Notes under the pieces: model-generated
What the model was told of the DNA's origin: nothing
The model's database searches: none
Seen by the model: only the letters and a program-made list of their open reading frames with translations
Shown: piece after piece, positions 40,994 to 50,700 of the stretch
How the letters are laid out: each line of letters opens with the position of its first letter
Numbering within the stretch: the stretch's first letter is position 1
Source of the DNA: Bacilli bacterium
GTDB taxonomy: Bacteria > Bacillota_I > Bacilli_A > RFN20 > CAG-826
DNA length: 64,000 bases
Assembly (NCBI GenBank): GCA_031556235.1
Contig: JAVBTH010000001.1
Span: forward strand, 519,009 to 583,008
Reading direction: 5' to 3'
Translations under genes and position numbers: made by a program

Positions 40994-42655
40994 CTATTCT
41001 CCTTTAATATCAATTTTTATTTGGTCTTCACTTACCTGTGGTAAACGATATATTTGTCTTAGTTCTAAGAACTTTTTTTGTAAATCTATTGCTTTATTTC
41101 TAGTGACTGCAAATATTGGAATGTCAACGCCGCTGATCAACTTGACGATTTTTCTAAAAGTTACTTGATTAGCTTTAATATTAATCAAGTCACTTTTGTG
41201 AGTAAATTGAAATTCCAAAATCAAGATTTTTTTATTCATTACATATGGTTTACCTTCACAAAGCACATTTATATAACTCGCAATCGTGTTGTCATACTTA
41301 TATTGTTCAAGCAAGTTCCATTTTTCAATTAATTGTAACTTCATGGCACGATCACCTAGCGTCATAATTTCGATAATCGTATCATCGCTAAGTATATTTT
41401 TCTCTCCTTCAGACTGCAATTCTTTTTCAATTTTTAGACTTGGAATTACTGGAGGAGTGTCTTTAATAATTGTTTTTTCTTTGGGAGTAGCGGCTTCGAT
41501 TTTGCTCTCTTCAATTTTTTTAGAAGCCGAGATATTAACAACAGGAGAAGTTTCTATAGTTTCTGATTGATTAAACAAGTTACTAAGTTTAAGTAATGTT
41601 ACTTGGAAAAGCGCTTGGATATTGCTGACAAATTTAAATTCGGATTGAGTTTTAAGTAAAATATCAATCATTTCTAAACACTTTCCAGTAGGAATTAGTT
41701 TTTTGAGTTGATCTGCTTGAGGGTTATTTAAACGATTTAATAAAGAATCATCCATTGTTTTTTGGAAAATAACAATGTCCTTTAAAATTATAAGCAAATC
41801 GTCAGTTAGTTTTCTAAGATCGGCGCCATCCTCAATGAATTGATTCATTTTCAATAAAGTCGCTTTTGTATTGTTAAGGGCTAAATGTTCTAAAAGTGTG
41901 ATTTTTTCTTCGATGTTAATTAAACCAAATATTTCTCTAATATCAGAAGCTTTTAAACCATCTCCGTTATAGGCGATAGCTTGATCTAATATGGATAAAG
42001 CGTCACGAACTCCGCCATCGGATAAAGAAATAATCATGTCGATTGCGTCATCTTCGTAAATGGTGTTTTCTTGAGTGAGAACATCAATAATGCGATTTTT
42101 AAGTGACTTATCATCAACTTTAGAAAAATCATATCTTTGGCAACGGGAAATAATTGTAGGGAGTATTTTATGTGCCTCGGTTGTGGCTAGTATAAATATG
42201 ACATGTGATGGTGGTTCTTCAAGCGTTTTTAATAAAGCATTAAACGCTCCAGGAGTCATCATATGAACTTCATCGATAATGTAAACTTTGTAACGTCCTT
42301 TGATAGGAGAATACTTTACTTTATCGATTAAGTCACGTACTTCATCGACTCCATTATTTGATGCAGCGTCAATTTCAATGACATCTGGATGTGAACCATC
42401 ATTAATCGATAAGCAATTTGCACATTTATTACATTGATGACCAAGGCCTTCTTCGCAATTAAGAGCCTTAGCTAATAGTTTTGCCATTGAAGTTTTACCA
42501 GTTCCGCGTGGGCCACAGAAAAGATATGCATGCGCCATCTTATTTCCATGCAGAGCGTTTTTTAATGTTTGTACGATATGTTTTTGACCCGCAACTTCCT
42601 CAAAAGTGCTAGGACGATAGGCTCGATATAAAGCTTTGTATGACATATTTTTCAC
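40994..42655 (-). CDS. dnaX: DNA polymerase III subunit gamma/tau
   Basis: Walker A GPRGTGKTS, zinc module CxxC...C, sensor motifs, and a tau C-terminal extension. Confidence 0.95.
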   Translation of the reverse strand: MKNMSYKALYRAYRPSTFEEVAGQKHIVQTLKNALHGNKMAHAYLFCGPRGTGKTSMAKLLAKALNCEEGLGHQCNKCANCLSINDGSHPDVIEIDAASNNGVDEVRDLIDKVKYSPIKGRYKVYIIDEVHMMTPGAFNALLKTLEEPPSHVIFILATTEAHKILPTIISRCQRYDFSKVDDKSLKNRIIDVLTQENTIYEDDAIDMIISLSDGGVRDALSILDQAIAYNGDGLKASDIREIFGLINIEEKITLLEHLALNNTKATLLKMNQFIEDGADLRKLTDDLLIILKDIVIFQKTMDDSLLNRLNNPQADQLKKLIPTGKCLEMIDILLKTQSEFKFVSNIQALFQVTLLKLSNLFNQSETIETSPVVNISASKKIEESKIEAATPKEKTIIKDTPPVIPSLKIEKELQSEGEKNILSDDTIIEIMTLGDRAMKLQLIEKWNLLEQYKYDNTIASYINVLCEGKPYVMNKKILILEFQFTHKSDLINIKANQVTFRKIVKLISGVDIPIFAVTRNKAIDLQKKFLELRQIYRLPQVSEDQIKIDIKGE

Positions 42656-42854
42656 CTAGTATGATTATACACTTTTGGCGTTATCTTTTAAATAAGGAAT
42701 ATCATCATTTTTTAAATCAAAACTTATTTTAATGAAACGTATATTAAATTTAATTTTTCTTATTTACTGATATTTGCAATCTATCGATTAACTTAAAAGC
42801 AATAATTTCATAAATACAAAATTATTGAACGAATTGTTAAAAAAATGTAATATA

Positions 42855-42871
42855 TTGACAACGACTGTCAA
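42855..42871. promoter_or_regulatory. Perfect inverted repeat TTGACA-ACGAC-TGTCAA (doubling as a -35-like hexamer on both strands)
   Basis: Read directly. Lies in the 360-nt AT-rich gap between dnaX and the downstream island. Confidence 0.45.
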
Positions 42872-42880
42872 TAAAAAGAG

Positions 42881-43000
42881 GTGCCCAATCATTATATACG
42901 CCATAGGCAGTAGATTTCGGGGGAAATACGAACACAACATTTAAAGAGAAGTATCAGCACAAATATAGCCCCTGCACCATTAACAGAGGCTATACTTTTT
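42881..43000 (+). other. Candidate structured leader/small RNA ending in an intrinsic terminator-like hairpin (TATAGCC-17 nt-GGCTATA plus T7)
   Basis: A hairpin plus T-run at 42962-43000 lies immediately upstream of the small HTH ORF. A 5' GGUGC can pair with GCACC in the terminator loop region. Confidence 0.3.
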
Positions 43001-43017
43001 TTGTGCTACTCGATCAT

Positions 43018-43203
43018 ATGGAAAATACGGTATATAGTAAAATATTTAGTTTAATATTTATAAATAAAGAAAACATTGGCTTAGAAGAAATTGCCGCAAG
43101 AGTTGGTGTTAGCCTTGATACTTTAAAAAGAAACATAAAAAAATGCATCATTATAATGGAATTTATACACACACATGCTGGCGATTATACCAAAGACATA
43201 TAA
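43018..43203 (+). CDS. Small HTH-domain protein (61 aa)
   Basis: LEEIAARVGVSLDTLKRNIKK resembles an HTH recognition unit. The ORF-track start at 43003 is a GTG. Confidence 0.4.
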   Translation: MENTVYSKIFSLIFINKENIGLEEIAARVGVSLDTLKRNIKKCIIIMEFIHTHAGDYTKDI

Positions 43204-43285
43204 ATTCTAACAGTGCAGATGTTGCGCTGTTTGAACTCTTTTGTTTGCGATAAATTGATGGTGAGCAAAGGAGGAAGGGATTGAG

Positions 43286-43717
43286 ATGGAGTTTTTAGAA
43301 CTAATAGAGATTGAGTTATTAAAGTCAGTAGGTTATGTGACCATAATATCGGCGGTATTTACAATTATACTAACTAGCATAATTAAGAAGATACTAGTCA
43401 AAAAAGATGTAATATACCCAAATATGTCGAAAGCCCATAAGGATGAAATATTATCAAAAATTGCGCGATATACGGCGCTTGTAAGTTATGCGATTGTATT
43501 CTTTCTTAATTTGTTTCTGACAAAACAAACTATAGAAATAGACGAAAATCTAATCATTTCGCTAACTTGCGGAGGCAGTATGACAATAATTGTCACTAAA
43601 GGAATTTACACAGCATTACACCAAGGTAGCAAAAAGCAACTCGCTTATACCGAGATGGAAAGAGCACTAGAAATCGAACGTTTAGTGGAAGCTGAAATAA
43701 TTTCACTTAAAAAGTAG
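43286..43717 (+). CDS. Small membrane protein (about 3 TM) with a coiled C-terminal tail
   Basis: Hydrophobic segments and a GGAGG RBS upstream. Confidence 0.45.
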   Translation: MEFLELIEIELLKSVGYVTIISAVFTIILTSIIKKILVKKDVIYPNMSKAHKDEILSKIARYTALVSYAIVFFLNLFLTKQTIEIDENLIISLTCGGSMTIIVTKGIYTALHQGSKKQLAYTEMERALEIERLVEAEIISLKK

Positions 43718-43729
43718 AAAGGAGAAAAA

Positions 43730-44443
43730 ATGGAAACAAGTAAAATGCCAGGAATGTCTATAAGTTTTATCAGAAATGAATATGGAAATAAGTTTTTGAT
43801 TTTTAAAAGCGAAAGAATCACTCATGAATTAGAAGATAAACTTCGCTATGGAAGCATTAGAATGCAAATTTGGCTAGAAAAAAAGGTGCGAAAAGCCAAT
43901 GGTAAGAATCGTGTCAAAAAATGGGTTCATCCAGCGGATAAAAGTTCAACAGCACCAGTGAGATTTAGTGAAGAAGAAATTTTATTTAGACAAGGTTGGG
44001 GAGTTAGAACTTACAGTCCAGATTCCGGATTTTGTCCAAGTTATTCTACCACTAACGGATATGTTCCAACGGAATGGGAAGTAACTATAGACGATGTTAA
44101 AAGAGGCTGCATTGAGCGTAAAATTCCCTTCGATGATATAATTTCAAATATTATAACCTATAATGAGGCTCTCGTTTTTGACGAATCTTATAATATAATT
44201 GATGGTCCGTTTGAAATACCTAGTGGAACGGAATTATCACAAATTAGACTTATTGGAAATAGAACAAGTAGTAAAATTGAAATTCGTGTCAAATTAGTCA
44301 TTAAAGAAAATAATCTATTGACTAGTGGGACGTCACTTAATTCAGCTTTAGTAGGTCTTAGAAAAGAAGGGAATCTACCAGATTTTGATCGGATCTTTGA
44401 CGCTGAAAATGTAATGAAAATAGCCGCGATAGTAATTAAATAG
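43730..44443 (+). CDS. Hypothetical protein (237 aa), no recognisable family
   Basis: ORF with an AGGAG RBS, tightly coupled to the preceding gene. Confidence 0.45.
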   Translation: METSKMPGMSISFIRNEYGNKFLIFKSERITHELEDKLRYGSIRMQIWLEKKVRKANGKNRVKKWVHPADKSSTAPVRFSEEEILFRQGWGVRTYSPDSGFCPSYSTTNGYVPTEWEVTIDDVKRGCIERKIPFDDIISNIITYNEALVFDESYNIIDGPFEIPSGTELSQIRLIGNRTSSKIEIRVKLVIKENNLLTSGTSLNSALVGLRKEGNLPDFDRIFDAENVMKIAAIVIK

Positions 44444-44510
44444 AATTGGTTAGTGAGGCTTGTTCATGATTTCTTCTTAAAGAGATTTATAAGTCGAAGC
44501 GTTGAGAAAT

Positions 44511-44519
44511 TGTTATAAT
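44511..44519 (+). promoter_or_regulatory. Extended -10 promoter element TGtTATAAT upstream of the rhs gene
   Basis: TGnTATAAT match. The nearby TTGAGA is only 5 nt away and so is not a functional -35. Confidence 0.45.
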
Positions 44520-44520
44520 C

Positions 44521-44705
44521 ACTTCAGGCAATTGAAGTGAGCGGGGACTCTTATTCGATAGTAACAACTATCTACAGAATGAGGAGCCACTAAAGACTTT
44601 TCTTTAGATTCGATCAAAAAGTTTCACGACCCAATTCATGTATATAAGACCGATAGTTAAAAATATCGGTCTCATTTTAAATCATGGAAAAAGGAGATAA
44701 ATAAA
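44521..44705 (+). promoter_or_regulatory. About 180-nt structured 5' leader of the rhs gene, with a hairpin at the putative TSS and a 9-bp hairpin AGACCGATA-gttaaaaa-TATCGGTCT followed by cattttaaa
   Basis: The hairpins were read from the sequence. A strong RBS AAAGGAG lies 8 nt before the ATG at 44706. Confidence 0.4.
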
Positions 44706-47700
44706 ATGAGTACAAAAAGAACTGTGTCGATTATACCCAGTTTAACTGGAGTAACAGATAGCAATAATAGACTGACATTAGGTAAAAACATTGGTATAGG
44801 CATTACGATTCCTGCTACCAATCTGAATATAAATGAAAATGAAAAAATCAGCAGTGCGGTATTAATGCTCCGCATAGAGGGTTTTTATACGACTATGACT
44901 GGTTCATCAAATTTCACTGCTTATTTGATCGACAAAAATAATAAAAAAATAGCTTTAAAAGCTTTTAAACTATCCTCAATTCAAAGCGCAATGACAATAC
45001 CTTTGCTATTTGATGTAGGAGGTTTTCTAAAAGAAACCTTGTTGGGCGAAGACATATTATTAGCGCTCAAAATAGATGTGCCTCTCTTAGGAACGCATTA
45101 TTTAAATATTTCTAAACAAGGAGAATTGGTAGTCAGTTTAGAGTCTGTTGAAGAGGATCAAGCAGATGAGGGTGAAACAGGTGATAATGAGTCAGGCGAA
45201 GAAACTGCTTATGAATTAGATATTGACCGAAAAGATAGTGCAGTATCGGATGAAATTAATAAGATTATCTCGCTTACCGCAAGAGGGGCCGAATACTCTG
45301 AAGCGAATGATCCTATTCCTAATGGAGGGTTCACGGTTGGTTTTAATGGATATGGACATGGCGACGTAGATTACGTTGTGGCAGTTAATCAAGTCTTAAA
45401 AGATTTAAAAGATTTTGCAATAGAAAATGTGAAAATGGTTTTGAAAATTGATGATCATAAAAGACAGCAAATCGATGAAAATTTACCACTAGTAGCAATG
45501 GTTCATGGAAGCGACATTCTTGATGTGTTTACAGTGAACAATGATGCAGAAATGGAGTTTGATGTTACTAAAATATTCTTGTCTCCAATCGATAATATAT
45601 TGGTGAAGATTAAATCATTTTCAACTTTATCAAAACTAAACTATATTTTAGTTTCAGAAGATTCGGCTACTTTTAGGATTAAAGTAAAAGAAAAACATAA
45701 CACCGATAGAACTAGTATTACTAAAACATTAAAAAATCGTGACGAATTGCGTATCGATTTGTGTGATGGAAATCAAGTTCATGAGCACGTTTTGCTTACT
45801 AAAGAAGAAAGCCAACTGCCATTCGATATAACCCAAATTGGCAGCAAGCATGGTATAAAACTCAATATTGAGCAAAAACTTGAAACTGATGTAAAATTTG
45901 GAAATCTAGAATCAGATGGAAAAATTTCACGTGTAATCGAGGCAAATGGTGAGTCAAGGATATTTGTTGAAAAGTATTTTTATTATATGGGTGATAAAAG
46001 AATATTTGTTTCTAAGAATGACGTAATCAAAGTTAGTGAAGAAAAATATGAGATTAAATTAGAAGATAAAATACATGAAGTTTTCAAAGCTAGTATTGAT
46101 GAGAATGGAAATGCTTTAGTTTCTAGTAAAGAAGAAGATATAGATGTAGGTTTATTCTTAAAAAAATTTGGAGACAAAGTCTCTGAAGTTAAAATGTATT
46201 GTTACATTAATGATACAAGAAAAGAAATAACAATTGATGATAATATAGCAAATGTATCATCTATATATTACTTTGAGCATAGTGGAGTTTTTCCATTGAG
46301 TGACGTGGCAATCAGGAAAGATTCACTAGGAACTTATTTTGTATGCGACGGTGAGAGATTTGTGGTTGGAATAAAGGATCATAAGTTTGAAGTTATAGAT
46401 AAAAGTAACAAAATATATTTTCAGATTCCAACGAAATATTCTATAGATAATCATGATAATGCGCAAATAGCTGAATACGAATTAATAGAAATTTTTTCGG
46501 AAAAAGATAATATTTCTAAACATCTCCCAGAAATTTTTAAAAATGAAGATTTACTAATGAAAATCGAGGAATTAGAACAAACAAATGACTATATTAAGCA
46601 AATTAAAAATCAATTAGATGAAATAGAAATAAACAAAAATGATGCAAGACAAAAAACATATAAAGAAATTTTTAATATTAAAAACATCCTGCAAGACATT
46701 TATAATGAATGGAATAGTTTTAATAGAGATGAAGAATGGAATAAAGTAAAAAACATTTACTTTCCTGATGAATGTGAATATTTGTCGAAAGAAGATTGTT
46801 ATAAGTATCTTAACGATGCGTTAAATGACTTAGTTATATCTACAGATTTTGTTTTAAACGAATATAATATGTCGAGAATAGTTGAAAGCAAAGATTGTTT
46901 GTTAAGACCACTTAGTACTGGGTTAAATTATAATTTGCCGAGAGAAGTTTTTCTTCCAAAACTTAATGCATGCATAAATTCATTCAATTCTAAGCTTGCA
47001 TACGAAAACGAACAGATACAAAATGATACTATAGAGAAACAAAAAACGAGAATTAGTAAAGAATTAGAAAAATATCAAAATATAAAGAAGAAACTCTTTG
47101 ATGATATAAGGGTTCTATGGAGAAAATATTCATCCGGTCCAGTAAGTTTTATATTAAATCAAGATGAAAACTATTATGGATATGATTCAAAAGGCAGTTT
47201 TATCACCATGGGCAACAAAAAAGAAGAGACGTTGCGAATCATTTATGACGATAAACTCTCAGAATTTGGAGTAATATCGACAATTTATTTTAAAAACGAA
47301 AAGTTTGTTACTTTTTCATATGAGAATAATCAACTTAACAGAGTGAAAGCAGAGACGGGTAAGTTCGTTGAATTGGAAATGCTTGCAAATCAAATCAAGT
47401 ATAACCATAACAATAAATACGATGTTGATATAACTTGGAACGGAGAAACTCTTCGAGTTAGTAATAATGAGCATTATTTAGAAGCATCAAATTTATTTTA
47501 TGACCCACCAATAATTAAAGGAGAATCATGTCATAAATTCTTAAAAGTCGGAGGACTGATTACTAGTTATAATAGTCAAAAAATTGATGGTGGAGAAGAT
47601 ATTTATTTAGAAGAATATGATATTCACTTTATAAGCGATACTGTTACTAAAGTAGAGAATTTACAAAATAAACTAGTTCAGCAATATATCTTTAATCACT

Positions 47701-50700
47701 TAGGTGAAGTTGTGAGCACATTCAACTATTATTTGGAAAACGATCGTGAAAACGTTGAAGATATTGCCTTTAATGCAGTGAAACGCAATATAGGAAACAA
47801 GACTATTGAAGTTAAACAAACGAAAGTAGATATAATTGAACCGATTACTTTTGAAAACGGCATTAATGATTGGATAAGTTCCGCGGGAACAGTCGCAAAT
47901 ATTGCTAGCAATCAGCATTTCACAGGTAGCAAATCTTTAGAGATTGTAGGTGGAATTAACAAAAAGGCTAGCGTTAGTAAGAATATCACTTTAAATAAAT
48001 TTCCGATAAATAAAGCTTTTTCAGTCTCAGTATGGGCTAAAGCTGATGCGATGATTATGAACGACATATGCATTATTAACGAACCAGCAAAATCAGATGA
48101 AGGCAATGTTACTAAGTTTACTTTGCGAGTTGAGACAAAATTTAAAAAACGCTCACAGATTTTTGTAAGTGAGGCTGGTTTTGATGCACTTACAAGTGAT
48201 TGGCAATTACTTTCTGTGCCGGTGTCATTAAGATTTGCAAGCGAATTAAGCGATATAGTTAGTGTAAAAATTGTTCTTAAATATGAATACAACAACGGCA
48301 ATGTTTATTTTGATGACTTACATGTGGGCGAATGTTCGTATTCTCTTATTGAAGTTAATGATGAAGGTGTTGTGGTTTATCAAGAGAGTGAAAATGAAAG
48401 AACATATTATCTAAACTTAGTGGATAAAAAGCCAACGATTTCTTTGACTTTTGATAATGATGGCGAGAAGTATCATAACTACTTTAGTTATGGTGAAAAC
48501 GGTCAATTAGTTAAAGAAGAAAATCATTTAGGAATTATCAAAGAATATTTGTTTGATGAAAAAAATAAGAAAAGAGTCATTAAAACTTATCATAAAGATG
48601 AACCAGCTAATTCAATTTATGAAGAAAATATTTTTGATGAAAATGGTCGCAAAATAAAAGAAAGCACCAGTCGTGGTGGCTATCGTAATTATGGATTGTA
48701 TAATAATTATGAATATCATCAAAATTCTGATTTAGTTAGAAGTTATCAAGATGGTAGAGGTAATAAAACATATTATGGATATGATGAGGATAATCGTCTA
48801 ATAAATATTACTAGTTCGGTTAATGATGAAGAATGTTCGACATCAATCAAGTACGCTGGAGAATATATATGTAGAATGAGGACAGGAGATAATGAATATA
48901 CATATTCATATGATACTCGAGGACGTTTGTTAAACTTTAATATCAATAATCAAGAATATTTAAATAGCTCTTTTGAAGAAATTGACTTTGAAGATGTAAC
49001 AGTTACAACATACGGAACAGCGGAACAGTTTGTTAGCAAAGTAAGTAAGGATAAAAAATCAAATGTAATTATTTATAATGGTGAAATGTTACAGGAAATA
49101 AGTAAACTTGATCATGATACATACGAGATTAAGGACTATTTAAATAAAGCAATATATTTAATAGATGAAGAATCGGTTGACTGTAGAACACTTGATGCAA
49201 GTGAATTGATATATAGAAAAACGGTAAATCCACACATTCATAGTGTAAATTATGAAATTAACAATTGTGGAACAATAAAAGAATATACCTACATTACTCA
49301 TTATGATAATTTATTAGATCAAAAAATTAAAGAGTATAGTATTAATGAATCAACTAAGCAACTTTTTGACTATGATTTGCTCAATCGCGTTAAAAAGATA
49401 TGTATTTCTGAAAATGATAATAATTTGCTCGAATATAATTATAAATATTTAAAAGCTGGAGACTATGCAAGTAATATTATAAACAAAGTTACCAGATTTG
49501 TTTCAGAGGAATTAGAAAAAGAAACAAATTATAAATATGATGAAATAGGCAATATTATTGAAATATTGCAAAATGGTGAGACCACACATCGTTACAAATA
49601 TGATAGTGTTAGTCGTTTAGTTAGAGAAGATAATAAAGTTTTGAATTTAACTAATTTGTTTAGCTATGACTGTAATGGAAATATTTTGAGTAAAACATGT
49701 TATGGGTTTGCAAATGGAAAGTTAATAGATAAATTTTCAGGTAATAAACATGTATACACTTACGATAAGGACAATCAAGACCGTTTAATTGACTTTAATG
49801 GTGAAAAATGTACATATGACAAAATTGGAAATCCAAAGATTTACCGCGACAAAACTCTAACTTGGAGTCACTTACGTGATTTAATTAATTATGGACCCGT
49901 AACTTTTACGTATGGTGCAAATCATATGAGAACAAGTAAAAACTTATACGGCAACATTAGTAAGTATGTTTATGATGGAAATAATTTAATATTTGAAACG
50001 AGAAGTGATGGAACGACTATCGCCTATTTCTATGGCGCAGAGGGAATATTGGGATTTGAATACTGCGGGGAAAAGTATTTCTATGGAAAAAGTTTGCAAG
50101 GTGATGTTGATTGCATATATAATAAAGATGGAAAAATTATAGTAAAATATGAGTACGATGGGTGGGGGAATGTTAGAACTATTAATGGAAATGAAAAAAA
50201 TATAGGCGATATAAATGCGATAAGATATAGAGGATACTATTTTGATGTTGAAACTAATCTATATTACTTAAAATCTAGGTATTATGATCCAGAAACTGGA
50301 CGCTTTATTAATGCAGATGATATAAGCTACCTTGATCCGGAAACTATTAATGGTTTAAATTTATATGCTTACTGCAGAAATAACCCTATTAGATTTAAAG
50401 ATGAAATGGGCCGTTTTCCAAATAGTGATAGTGATGCCTATGAATTATTGGCAGCGGCTCTCGAGTTTAGCATAGGATTTGTATATGCGTTTAAAGCGTT
50501 TGGAATTAATCAAGATCTAAAAACAGCTACTTGGCCTCCTTACATTACAAAATACACTAATGAATTAACGGCGTTAAATAATACTTTGAAAATTGTCCAA
50601 AAAGCAGCAACTGTGTTAGCTGTAATTGGAATTGCTATTTCTACGATAGAAAACATAAATTCGGACATAAAAAAAGGTTACTCAACTGGAAGAATAGTAT

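Noticed and set aside
42656-43000. Possible SRP RNA (ffs) upstream of dnaX, as in many Firmicutes
   Set aside because: Neither strand shows the domain-IV signatures (GGAAG...AGCAGC, GNRA loop context); only a generic 5' GGUGC/3' GCACC complementarity. It is kept only as an unassigned structured element.
44503-44508. TTGAGA as the -35 box for the rhs promoter
   Set aside because: It lies only 5 nt upstream of the TATAAT, which is incompatible with a sigma-A -35. The promoter is better described as extended -10 (TGnTATAAT).
47700-48301. Three overlapping minus-strand ORFs inside the rhs gene
   Set aside because: They are antisense to a continuous 2085-codon frame with clear Rhs homology. They have no RBS and a hydrophobic low-complexity translation.
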